DNA of 64,000 bases from Acidimicrobiales bacterium (GCA_049510975.1 JBEKYM010000003.1:103011-167010); one strand, 5' to 3'. Counted from the stretch's first letter, positions 27,368 to 36,268 are shown. A program made the numbers and translations. The notes: generated by a model not told the origin, from the sequence alone.

Positions 27368-29133
27368 GACGCCGCCCTCGACCCGTCGTAGTTGACCGAC
27401 AGCACCGAGGCGTAGTCCGGCCGTTCCATCAGCTCGTGATGGGTGCCGACCGCCACGAGGACGCCGTCGCGCAGCAGCGCGACCCGATCGGCGAGGGCGA
27501 CCGTCGAGGGCCGGTGCACGACGAGCAGCCCGGTCGTATTGCGGAGCACTCTCGCCAGGCTCGCTTCGACGAGCGCCTCGGTGTTGACGTCGAGGGCCGA
27601 CAACGGGTCGTCGAGCACGAGCACCGACGGTCGGGCGAGCACGGCCCGCGCCAGCGCCAGCCGTTGCCGTTGCCCGCCCGACAGCGCCATCCCCTGCTCG
27701 CCGATGCGGGTGTCGAGACCCCAGGGAAGGTCGTGCACGAAACCCGCCTGCGCCAGCTCCAGCGCGGCGGCGATCTCGTCGCTCGACGCGTCCGGCTGCC
27801 CGAGGACGAGGTTCTCGCGCACGCTCATCGAGAAGAGCACCGGCTCCTCGAAGACGACGGCGACATGGGAACGCAGCGACTCGATCGTGAGATCTCTCAC
27901 GTCGATGCCGTCGAGGGTGATGCGGCCGGCGGTGACGTCGTAGAGCCGCGCCGGCAGAGATGCCAGCGTGCTCTTGCCGGATCCGGTGAGGCCGACGATG
28001 GCGACCGTTTCGCCCGGCTCGATGCTGAGGTTGACGTCGCGCAGAACCGGCGCCGGCGCGCCCGGGTAGGAGAACGCCACGTGCTCGAAACAGAGGCGTC
28101 CGCTCGAGACCGGGAGCACGCGCGCCCCGGGCCGGTCGCCGACGACCATGGCGGCATCGAGGACCTCGCAGACCCGATCGGCCGCCGTCGCCGCCTCCTG
28201 GGCCATCGACAGGATCCAACCGAGGTCGATGATCGGGAACTGCAGCAGCACGAGCAGCGTCGTGAAGGCCACGAGGGCGCCGAGGGTCAAGGAGCCGTGA
28301 GCAACGGCGATGCCGCCGATGAGCACGGCCGAGGCCATGGTGACGTTCGGGACGACGGTGAGCCAACCCCAGAAGCGAGCTCGCAGCTTCACCATCTCGA
28401 GGGCCGACCCCCGGAGGGTCCGCGCCGAGGTGCCGAAGCGGAACTGCATGAGCGGGCCGCGCCCGAATGCTTTGACGACCCGCATGCCGGAGGCCGCCTC
28501 CTCGGTGAGCGTCGCCAGGTCGCCCTGCTGGTCCTGCACGCGCCGAGAGATCTGCGAGTATCCCGCCCCGAAACGCTTCGCCAGCCAGATGACCGGCAGC
28601 GTCGTGATGACGGCGATGATCCCGAGCGGTGGGTACACCGCGATCAGCAGCCCCATGACGGCAAGGTATTGCAGCCCGTCGACGATGAAGAAGATGGCGC
28701 CGAAGCCGAGAAACCGCCGAATCGTTCCCAGGTCCGTCGTCGTACGCGAGAGCAGCTGGCCCGTCTGCCAGCGGTCGTGAAACTCGACCGGCAACCGCTG
28801 CAAGTGGGCATAGAGCCCGTCGCGGATCTCCCGCTCCACCTTCTGCACGGCGACGGACTGCACGCGGCGGCGGGCGACGATGAGGCCGGCCTCGAGGGCG
28901 CCGAGACCGAGGGCGATGAAGAACATCGGGATGAGCTCGGCACGGTCGCCCCGTTTGATCGGGCCGTCCACCACGGCCTCGAGTACGAGCGGGATGAGCG
29001 TGCTCGCCACGACCGCCAGCGTGGCGCACACGAGCATGGCCACCATCTGGCGCGAGTAGGGCCGCACGAAGGTGCGCATCCGCCAAAGCGACCGGTACGA
29101 GGCCGCGCTTCGCCGGCGGGATGCACGACTCAT
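27364..29133 (-). CDS. ABC exporter, fused permease/ATPase subunit (first of a pair)
   Basis: Six-helix TMD, Walker A GLTGSGKST, signature LSGGQRQ, Walker B VLVLDDP. Confidence 0.9.
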   Translation of the reverse strand: MSRASRRRSAASYRSLWRMRTFVRPYSRQMVAMLVCATLAVVASTLIPLVLEAVVDGPIKRGDRAELIPMFFIALGLGALEAGLIVARRRVQSVAVQKVEREIRDGLYAHLQRLPVEFHDRWQTGQLLSRTTTDLGTIRRFLGFGAIFFIVDGLQYLAVMGLLIAVYPPLGIIAVITTLPVIWLAKRFGAGYSQISRRVQDQQGDLATLTEEAASGMRVVKAFGRGPLMQFRFGTSARTLRGSALEMVKLRARFWGWLTVVPNVTMASAVLIGGIAVAHGSLTLGALVAFTTLLVLLQFPIIDLGWILSMAQEAATAADRVCEVLDAAMVVGDRPGARVLPVSSGRLCFEHVAFSYPGAPAPVLRDVNLSIEPGETVAIVGLTGSGKSTLASLPARLYDVTAGRITLDGIDVRDLTIESLRSHVAVVFEEPVLFSMSVRENLVLGQPDASSDEIAAALELAQAGFVHDLPWGLDTRIGEQGMALSGGQRQRLALARAVLARPSVLVLDDPLSALDVNTEALVEASLARVLRNTTGLLVVHRPSTVALADRVALLRDGVLVAVGTHHELMERPDYASVLSVNYDGSRAAS

Positions 29134-29145
29134 ACCTGAGACCGT

Positions 29146-29160
29146 AGCGAGTGACTCGCT
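29146..29160. promoter_or_regulatory. Perfect 7-1-7 palindrome AGCGAGT-G-ACTCGCT just upstream of the ABC operon start
   Basis: It lies 13-27 nt upstream of the ATG at 29133. On the gene strand, TTGACA lies 5' of the palindrome (sharing its last base) and TACGGT overlaps its 3' end. Confidence 0.3.
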
Positions 29161-29240
29161 GTCAACTTGCCCTTGCGGGTGGCGGCGCCGCGTCGGCCGG
29201 GTTGTCGACCCGCCGGCTGTCGTGGCCGGCGGCCGCAGGT

Positions 29241-30161
29241 TCAGGGTTCGAGGACGATCTTGCCCAACGTGTGGCGCTGCTCGAGGTCGCGGAACGCCTC
29301 CCGCACGTCGGCGAGCGGATAGATCTTGGCGATGGGAACCTCGAGACGGCCGTCGCCGATCAAGCCGGCCAGCTCGGCGAGCACCTCAGCGGTGGCGGCG
29401 GCGGCGCTCCCATCCGTCTTGGCTCCGTACTGGGCTGCAGCCGCCCGGTCGATGATGGTGTCGATGCGCTCGGGGGCCACGCCCAAGCCGATTGCCATCT
29501 CGACGTACCCGCCGCCGAAGGTGTCGATGAAGGCGTCGACACGCCCGCCGCTCGCCTCCTTGATCCGCTCGGCGACTCCGTCGCCGTAGGTGAGCGGGAT
29601 CACGCCGTGGCTCTTCAGCCAGTCGTGATGGCCCTCGCTCGCCAAACCGATCACGGTGGCGCCGATGTTCACCCCCAGCTGCGCCGCCAGGGAGCCGACG
29701 CCTCCAGCCGCCCCGGACACCACGACCGTGTCGCCGGCGCCGAGGTTCACTGCCTTCACCGTCGCGTAGGCAGTCGTACCCACCACGAACAGCGAGCCGG
29801 CCACCTCCCACGGAACGTCGCTCGGGCGCGCCACGAGGTTGCCGGCCTCGGCCACGACGAGCTCAGCGTGGCTCCCGCGGGTCTCGACGAACCCGAAGAC
29901 CTCGTCCCCGGGCGCGAACTGGGTGACGTCGGGGCCGACGGCGGCGACGACGCCGGCCAGGTCGCTCCCCTCTCCGGAGGGGAACGTGGCCGGCCACATC
30001 GCATGCAGCAGGCCCTTGCGGATGGATGCCTCGCCGGGGTTGATGCCCGCTGCCACGACCTTGACGAGCACCTGGCCCGGACCCGGAACGGGCTCGGCGA
30101 CTTCGACGACCTTGAGGACGTCAATGTCTCCGTATTCGTCGAATCTCACTGCTAGCGGCAT
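29241..30161 (-). CDS. NADPH:quinone oxidoreductase (MDR/zeta-crystallin family)
   Basis: Start ATG at 30161. GINPGEASIRKG ... VVVSGAAGGVGSLAAQL ... LGKIVLEP. Confidence 0.85.
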   Translation of the reverse strand: MPLAVRFDEYGDIDVLKVVEVAEPVPGPGQVLVKVVAAGINPGEASIRKGLLHAMWPATFPSGEGSDLAGVVAAVGPDVTQFAPGDEVFGFVETRGSHAELVVAEAGNLVARPSDVPWEVAGSLFVVGTTAYATVKAVNLGAGDTVVVSGAAGGVGSLAAQLGVNIGATVIGLASEGHHDWLKSHGVIPLTYGDGVAERIKEASGGRVDAFIDTFGGGYVEMAIGLGVAPERIDTIIDRAAAAQYGAKTDGSAAAATAEVLAELAGLIGDGRLEVPIAKIYPLADVREAFRDLEQRHTLGKIVLEP

Positions 30162-30250
30162 GGGGTCGCTCCCTTCTCGCTTCTCGGACGACGCCGGAGA
30201 CAACCGCGTCCGGAGGAGGAACATTCCGCCGCTTGCCACCCGTGGCGACC

Positions 30251-30715
30251 TCAACTCGGCGCCGGCAGCCCCTCGAGCCAAGCGGTGGCCTCGTCGCGCT
30301 GATCGAACCCGACGATCTCGCCGATCCGCCCATCCCGCACCGTCAGCACCTGCCATCGGGTTGCCCGGCCACCTCGTTCCCGTGCGTTCTTGGTGCGTGT
30401 GACGACAAGCCCGACGAGGATCCGGTCGCCGACGACGGTGACCTCGTTCACCCGGGCGCTTGCGCCCGACTCCCGCCCGCGGTGATACCAGGCGATCACC
30501 TGTTCGCGACTCTGGCAGGGAGGCGACGGATCTCCTGGCGGTCCCCACCGCACGTTCGGGTCGAGCAGGTCGGCGAAGGTGCGCAGATCGGCCATCTGCA
30601 ACGCCGTCGCCACCTGCTCGGCGATCTGCTCGATCGACTCGGCTTGCTGCGACGCTGCTTGCTGCGACGCTGCTTGCTCCGACGCTGCTTGCTGCGACGC
30701 TGCTTGCTCCGACAC
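30251..30715 (-). CDS. SnoaL/NTF2-like fold protein with an N-terminal (QQAAS)n repeat
   Basis: GTG at 30715 lies 6 nt after GGGAGG; a TTG at 30721 is an alternative. LLDPNVRWGPP ... WQVLTVRDGRIGEIVGF. Confidence 0.6.
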   Translation of the reverse strand: MSEQAASQQAASEQAASQQAASQQAESIEQIAEQVATALQMADLRTFADLLDPNVRWGPPGDPSPPCQSREQVIAWYHRGRESGASARVNEVTVVGDRILVGLVVTRTKNARERGGRATRWQVLTVRDGRIGEIVGFDQRDEATAWLEGLPAPS

Positions 30716-30716
30716 T
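30642..30716 (-). repeat. 15-bp tandem repeat x5, in frame
   Basis: GCTTGCTGCGACGCT x2, GCTTGCTCCGACGCT, GCTTGCTGCGACGCT, GCTTGCTCCGACACT. Confidence 0.95.
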
Positions 30717-30827
30717 GCCAACCTCCCGTCGCTGAGCTGCCCTCAGCGCACACTGCAACCACAGCAGCCCTCCCGTTCTACCCGACGCGAAGGCCCGGTG
30801 CTGTGGCAGTTGGGCTAGACCGGGTAG

Positions 30828-32840
30828 ATGAGGCGCCGTCGCACGGTTGCTGGCATCGCCGTCGTCCTGTGCGTCCTCTCGGCCAGCGCGGTCGTCTCGG
30901 GTTCTGCCGGCGCGGCGTCTGCAAAGGTTGCAAGGGTCCCGTCCTCGCCGGCGTCGTGGACCATCCAACGCCGATTCGACCCCTACCTCCAATACGTGTA
31001 CGGCATCGGGTGCCGCAGCACCCACTGCATCGCCGTGGGTGCTGGACCCCAGGCGGCCAACTCAGGCGGATACGTGGGTGCAGTGGCCTTCACCGTGAAC
31101 GCATCCGCCTGGATGCCCGGGCTTCTCCCAGCCGGCGTCTTCCAGCTGAACGGCGTCTCGTGCGCCACGGCGGCCGACTGCTGGGCTGTTGGCGAGGCCA
31201 CGACGAGTGCCGCAGCGGTCATCGTCGCCACGACTGACGGGGGCAGCCAGTGGACCGCCGAGAATGCCCCGAGCGGCGTCGGCGACCTTGCCAGCATCTC
31301 GTGCCCGTCCACGAGCGACTGCCTCGTGCTCGCGAACGGCAACGGCGTCGTTGCGACGACCGACGGTGGCCGGCAGTGGCAGACCGAGACTCCACCACCG
31401 GCGGCCATCCGTCACGCCGGTATCTCCTGTGCCTCCGAGAGCTACTGCTGGACCGGGACGACCCCCGCCTACGTCACCACCGACCTCGGTGCCACGTGGA
31501 GTGCCCAGAGCTTTCCGACGGGCGACACGCTGGTCTCGCTGTCGTGCCCGGCCGCCGGCGACTGCTGGGCGAGCGCCGGCGGCAACACCATGTTGGAGAC
31601 GACGGACAACGGCGCCGGCTGGACCAGCCACACCGTGAACGCGAGCGAGCTCGGGACGGTGTCGTGCGAGAGCATGAGCGACTGCTTCGTGTTGGCCGCC
31701 AACTCGAAGGAGACCCTCAGCGTCGCAACGACCGACGGTGGCGCGAGCTGGAAAGTGGGGACCTTTCCGGCCGAGTTCAGTAGCGCCGTCTACGGGCCCT
31801 TTGCCTACTTGGTGGCAGTCACCTGTTCGAGCGACACGGACTGCTTCGCCATCGGGGATCCGGAAGGTCCGCCCGCAGTGATCGCCACGACGACCGACTT
31901 CGGGAGCAGCTGGACGACGGGCCGGTTTCCCGGCGGACCCGTAGCCTTCGACACCGTGACGTGCGCGAACGTCGACGACTGTTGGGCCGGCGGGACCAAC
32001 GTCGTCGAGTCGCTCAACTCCATCGGCGCGGTCGTGGCGACGACGGACTCCGGCGGCACGTGGGGCCCGCAGAGCGTGCACGCGGCGAACTCGCTCACGA
32101 GCATGTCGTGTCCGACCACGATGGAGTGCCTGGCGACGACGGACACCGGATTCGTCAGCATCACCAAGGATGGCGGCACGGAGTGGACCTCCAAAGAGGT
32201 GAACTCGTCGGAAGACGCCGGCTTCCTCGGGGTTTCGTGTCCGTCGAGCTTGATCTGCTGGGTCGTCGGAGGTCCCACTGAGAAGACGACAGACGCTGGG
32301 TCCGTGTGGAAGGTGCAGGGGGGCGCTTCGGTCGGCGACCCGGACGCGGTGTCGTGCCCGACAGCGAACGTGTGCGTCGTCGTCGGCGCAGCGCCCCTCG
32401 CCAGCAATGATGTCGAGTACACCTCGGACGGCGGAGGGGTCTGGACGAGTGAATCGGCGCCCGGGGATCCCTCCCTCAGTGACGTGTCGTGCTCCAGCGC
32501 CACGAACTGCGTCGCCGTAGGCGACGACGTTCTGCTCACGACGACAGACGGCGGCCGACAGTGGAGCTCGCACGTACCTCCGGTTGCGGCAGATATCGAC
32601 GGAGTTTCCTGCCCGAGTACCGATGACTGCTGGGCTGTCGGGTACACGACCTCGACACCGAACACGCCCGTGATCCTGACATCGGGCGACGCCGGCAAGA
32701 CCTGGACGACAGAGAGCGTGCCTGCCGGGATCGGCGCACTCAACGCGGTGTCCTGCGTGAAGAACACCACCGACTGTTGGGCAGTCGGCAAGACGAGCCC
32801 CGGTGGTGTGGCGATCCTCTCGACGGTTGAATCGAGCTAG
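30828..32840 (+). CDS. Secreted BNR/Asp-box-like repeat protein with 14 Cys-pair units (putative double beta-propeller)
   Basis: Signal peptide. 14 units of [GST]-[VIL]-[ST]-C-x(4-6)-C-[WFLIV]. About 12 units of T-[TS]-D-x-G-x-x-W. Confidence 0.75.
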   Translation: MRRRRTVAGIAVVLCVLSASAVVSGSAGAASAKVARVPSSPASWTIQRRFDPYLQYVYGIGCRSTHCIAVGAGPQAANSGGYVGAVAFTVNASAWMPGLLPAGVFQLNGVSCATAADCWAVGEATTSAAAVIVATTDGGSQWTAENAPSGVGDLASISCPSTSDCLVLANGNGVVATTDGGRQWQTETPPPAAIRHAGISCASESYCWTGTTPAYVTTDLGATWSAQSFPTGDTLVSLSCPAAGDCWASAGGNTMLETTDNGAGWTSHTVNASELGTVSCESMSDCFVLAANSKETLSVATTDGGASWKVGTFPAEFSSAVYGPFAYLVAVTCSSDTDCFAIGDPEGPPAVIATTTDFGSSWTTGRFPGGPVAFDTVTCANVDDCWAGGTNVVESLNSIGAVVATTDSGGTWGPQSVHAANSLTSMSCPTTMECLATTDTGFVSITKDGGTEWTSKEVNSSEDAGFLGVSCPSSLICWVVGGPTEKTTDAGSVWKVQGGASVGDPDAVSCPTANVCVVVGAAPLASNDVEYTSDGGGVWTSESAPGDPSLSDVSCSSATNCVAVGDDVLLTTTDGGRQWSSHVPPVAADIDGVSCPSTDDCWAVGYTTSTPNTPVILTSGDAGKTWTTESVPAGIGALNAVSCVKNTTDCWAVGKTSPGGVAILSTVESS

Positions 32841-32996
32841 GCGGCGGGACCCCCCGTGGGAGCGAGCAAACGCCGATGCGCCGGCGGAAAGTGTGGCGAC
32901 GCTCGGCTCCGCCCCGGCGAGGCTGGCGCGGTGGACGGAGGTATCCTGCGACCGCGTTGAGCGGCCGGCAGGTTCCGAACTCAGAGGAGGCGCGCG

Positions 32997-33767
32997 ATGG
33001 GTCTTGACGCCGACCCGCTCGAGCGGAGAGAGGCCGGCGAGGGCTTCGGTGACGACGCAACGGCGAACCCCGACGGCGAGCCTCCGGCGCCTGATCAACT
33101 GTTGAGCCAGCATCGCCTCCGGGCGGTCGCACCCATCATCTTCTTCGACGTGGCTGGCCCCCTGGCGGTCTACTACGGCGCTCGGGCGGCGGGTCTATCG
33201 ACGGTGGTTGCCCTCGTCTTGAGCGGCGTCCTGCCCGCCTTCCGGGTGATCGGCACAGTTGCTCGACACCGTCGCCTTGACGCCATCGGCGCGTTGATCC
33301 TCTCCGGAATCGCCATCGGGACGGTGACAGGACTGGCGAGCGGCAGCGCCCGGCTGTACCTGCTCGACGGGATTGTGCCCACCGTTGTGCTGGGCGGTGT
33401 GTGCCTGATGTCGCTGTTGTCAGCCCGGCCGATGATGTTTCGCCTGGCGCTCGAGACAATGGGAGGGGATGACTCGCCGCAGGGCCGCGCCTTCGCCGGC
33501 CTGTGGCGCTACCCCGCCTTTCGTCGAACCCTCCGGATCATCACGTGGGTGTGGGGCTCGGTGTTTCTGGCCGAGTCGGCGCTGCAGGCGATCATCGTCG
33601 AGAGGGCCTCGATCAACACCGCCAAGCAGACGTCCAACCTTCTGCCCGTGGTCGTGTTGTTCTTGACCTTCGCCTGGACACGGCTGTACGGCAAGCGATC
33701 TCAGCAGCGAGGCCAGCACGTGTCGGTGGCAATCGAGGCGAACGCCCCGGGCGAAACCCTCGCCTGA
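32997..33767 (+). CDS. Integral membrane protein of unknown function (VC0807-like)
   Basis: Five to six hydrophobic helices after an acidic N-terminus. Family assignment is tentative. Confidence 0.55.
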   Translation: MGLDADPLERREAGEGFGDDATANPDGEPPAPDQLLSQHRLRAVAPIIFFDVAGPLAVYYGARAAGLSTVVALVLSGVLPAFRVIGTVARHRRLDAIGALILSGIAIGTVTGLASGSARLYLLDGIVPTVVLGGVCLMSLLSARPMMFRLALETMGGDDSPQGRAFAGLWRYPAFRRTLRIITWVWGSVFLAESALQAIIVERASINTAKQTSNLLPVVVLFLTFAWTRLYGKRSQQRGQHVSVAIEANAPGETLA

Positions 33768-33833
33768 GCGCCGGCTCCATCGGCGCCTGCCCGGCCGGAG
33801 CGGGTTGAAGGCAGGCTGGCCACCGGTGCGGAG

Positions 33834-33893
33834 GCGTTTCTGGGTGCATGAACGGGACACATACGTCCCTAAACGTCACCCAGAACGCTGATC
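33834..33893. repeat. Structured repeat, copy A (nested hairpin)
   Basis: TCTGGGTG (33839-46) pairs with CACCCAGA (33877-84), and GGGAC with GTCCC inside. 50/57 identical to copy B. Confidence 0.85.
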
Positions 33894-33994
33894 ATGCTCC
33901 GACGGAAGGCGACCTTTTCGCACGAGGAATGAATCCGGTGTCGCCTCGCCGAGGCGCGATGGGAGCAATTCGCATGCCCCCGGCGGCAGTCGAT

Positions 33995-35233
33995 CTACGG
34001 CGTCTGCGGTGTCGGAGACGGGCCGAGGGCTGCGGCCATAGGCACCGCCAGCGCCTCGACACCGAAGCCGGCCTGGGCGACCACAAAGGCGATGGCGGCG
34101 GCGACGACGGCGTAATACGCCACCGCAACCGGGGGGTTCGTATGGGCAGCGAGGAACACAATCCGCGCACCAAACGTGCCGATGGCACGCCGGCCCCCTG
34201 TAATCCAACCAATGTGCTCCAGGGAGGGTTCGATGAGCGTGTCATCGATGTGGGGCCGCTCGGCCGGATCGAGGCCGTGCCACTGGGCCTTCAGCCTGCG
34301 TCCACCGAAGACGGCCACCTCCACTTCACCGACGAGGTTCCCATGATTCAGCAAATGAGAGAAGTTGCTGCTCACCACGTGCTGAACGGCCTTCTGAACT
34401 CCCGGTGGCAGCAGGCTCGTGATCCGCTTCAGAAGCCACTGGATGATCTTTGCCGCCTCTCGCCTCAGTCTGTTGCGGAATCCTTGAAGCGCCAGGATGG
34501 TATCGATCGCGACGGCACCCTCGTGGGAGCTTCGGACTACATGCTCGAGGGCCGTGATCAGCGAGGGCAGCTCCGCGGCGCCACCGAAGCACGCAAGGGC
34601 AATCGTCTCACTCCCGGCGGCGCTCTCGAGGCGATCGAGCTCGCCTGGGAGGGTCGCCGGCGGATCCACCGCCGCCACCGCCGAGCCGCCACTGATCACT
34701 GCCGCGAACCGTCCGATGTCGGCCCGAGCGTCCTCGCCGAACTCGGCCAGGCTCCTCAAGCGGAACTCCGCCCGAACTGTGCTCGGGGACTCGGCAGCGC
34801 CAAGAAGGACGTCGACGACTGACAGCGAGCCGGCGACGAGGGCTAACGCACGGTTGGCGGCGTCGACCTCCTCGGGTTCGGCGGACGTGTCGGCCCCCTC
34901 GATGGTTCGGTCCAGCGGCTCCTCCCACTCCTCGTCCCGAAGCTCCCGTTCGGTCTGCTCGACGATGAATCGGTCGGGTGACAGGTCCTCGACCGACTCG
35001 TTCGCTGGAAACGTTGACTCCTGCTCCGAGAAGTTGGGGAGCTCGGCGAGAACGCCATCGGAGGCGGCGAGGAACGCAGCGACCGCAGCCTCCGGATCCA
35101 GGCCATCCGGGAACAGCCCGGCGTCGAGGATGCTCATCCGCACCGGCGCAGCACGACGGGCGACATCGATCACTTCCTGCGCCGTGCGCTGCCACTCACC
35201 GGCCGCCCGGTTCAGCTCTTCCGTCGTTGCCAT
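33995..35233 (-). CDS. Orphan 412-aa protein with acidic N-terminal half and C-terminal hydrophobic anchor
   Basis: AGGAGGAGGGG RBS before the ATG at 35233. Long intact ORF. Lower G+C: 103/180 in 34321-34500. No domain recognised. Confidence 0.6.
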   Translation of the reverse strand: MATTEELNRAAGEWQRTAQEVIDVARRAAPVRMSILDAGLFPDGLDPEAAVAAFLAASDGVLAELPNFSEQESTFPANESVEDLSPDRFIVEQTERELRDEEWEEPLDRTIEGADTSAEPEEVDAANRALALVAGSLSVVDVLLGAAESPSTVRAEFRLRSLAEFGEDARADIGRFAAVISGGSAVAAVDPPATLPGELDRLESAAGSETIALACFGGAAELPSLITALEHVVRSSHEGAVAIDTILALQGFRNRLRREAAKIIQWLLKRITSLLPPGVQKAVQHVVSSNFSHLLNHGNLVGEVEVAVFGGRRLKAQWHGLDPAERPHIDDTLIEPSLEHIGWITGGRRAIGTFGARIVFLAAHTNPPVAVAYYAVVAAAIAFVVAQAGFGVEALAVPMAAALGPSPTPQTP

Positions 35234-35429
35234 CGGCCCCTCCTCCTGTCTCGCCCCTCGGCACGATATGCCGTCGGGGGCGCGCCCGAGAGATACAGCG
35301 CCGACAGATCACCGGTGGCGTCATGTGCCCCGATGGGTACTCGACCAGGGCCGAACCAGTCCGGAGACAACCTCACCGACGAGCTGCCGCCGCTTCCAGG
35401 TGTGTCGGCGCCCGTCGATCGACCTTACC

Positions 35430-35786
35430 TCACGCCATTCCGGCAAGGACGGCCACGACCCTGAATTGAGCGAGGCGTCGTGACGTGTGCCGCCACGCCC
35501 ATGGCAGGCACAGCGCGACCATCGCAATGAAGTACAGCAGACCGTAGAGGGCGACCGGCACACCGAAGATGACCGATTCGGGACTCGTCGTGACGACTCC
35601 GCAGTTGACAAACCCGCGGGCCCCGCTGCTCAGCATCGAGCACGAATTGTTGATCGCCTTCTGATCGAAGTAGTGCGCCCACGTGAGCCATCCGGCCAGA
35701 CCGGTGCCCAGCAGGCAGATGATCATCGTGGCGGCAGGCCGCCATCGCCTCGCCACCGGAGACGCCTCGTCTGCTTGGCTTGCCAT
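35430..35786 (-). pseudogene. Truncated VKOR paralogue (TM1, Cys loop and TM2 only; no CXXC helix)
   Basis: GLAGWLTWAHYFDQKAINNSCSMLSSGARGFVNCGVVTTSPESVIFGVPVALYGLLYF aligns with the 608-1180 VKOR. It stops in TM3. No CXXC in any downstream frame. Confidence 0.6.
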
Positions 35787-35813
35787 CAGAATCGTTCCCT
35801 CTCTGCGACGTCA

Positions 35814-36027
35814 ATAGGCTACTTGCGCCAAGTCGGATCGAGCGCAGACGCCTACGGGGACGCCGTGAACCATGGCTTGCTCAAGGGCAAACCAACCCGT
35901 CGTTGGCGGCGCGATGGATCCGGCCACCGGCGGTTACTGGCTGGCCGTCACGGGCGGGGGTGTGAGCGCATTCGATGCCCCGGCCTGTGGGTCGTTGCGC
36001 ACCGGCGTCGTTGCGATCACAACGGGT
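35814..36027 (+). pseudogene. Decayed relic of a GYWL...DGGVF.FGDA repeat protein (frameshifted, no start)
   Basis: Frame 2 reads IGYLRQVGSSADAYGDAVNHG. It then shifts to frame 1, NQPVVGGAMDPATGGYWLAVTGGGVSAFDAPACGSL. Confidence 0.3.
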
Positions 36028-36268
36028 TGTGTGAGTGCCCGGCACTCTGCCCGAGCGCCGGGGAGCGAGGGAATGCCGGTGACGTCGGGTCCGAGTGTTC
36101 CCGTACCCGTTACCGGCGTCACCGGCCCCGCCGTGAGCTGCTGCCCGTCGGAACTGTGACAGGTTGGTGCCACAAAGGCAAGGGGAACGCGCCAGAGCCG
36201 CCTTCCCACCCAAGGGTGGGTGGGAGACCTGTGAAAGCGAGTCGGTCAACTGTCCGCTCGGCTGCCTG

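Noticed and set aside
25412-29139. 616-aa and 567-aa + strand ORFs, and the 1181-aa - strand ORF 25541..29086.
   Set aside because: The + ORFs are antisense shadows of the ABC genes. The 1181-aa ORF is gene B extended upstream in the wrong frame through gene A. The GTG at 27367 (GTGA overlap with the gene A stop) gives a normal ~608-aa half-transporter.
31062-33113. 683-aa - strand ORF, plus similar shadows at 3428..5122 (+), 20370..22097 (-), 52687..54447 (-) and 57594..59216 (+).
   Set aside because: All are antisense to genes with strong motif support (BNR-like protein, HtrA, membrane protein, PepN, GT4). All have Arg-rich, low-complexity translations.
33848-33895. Short peptide reading of the repeat (MNGTHTSLNVTQNAD versus MKGTHVSPTVTQNED).
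   Set aside because: The similarity ends exactly with the nucleotide repeat. The substitutions leave the hairpin stems intact rather than being synonymous. No RBS is present.
35872-36159. 95-aa ORF as an intact small gene.
   Set aside because: It has no RBS or signal peptide. Only about 45 codons resemble the GYWL repeat, and the preceding unit lies in another frame. I treat it as a relic.
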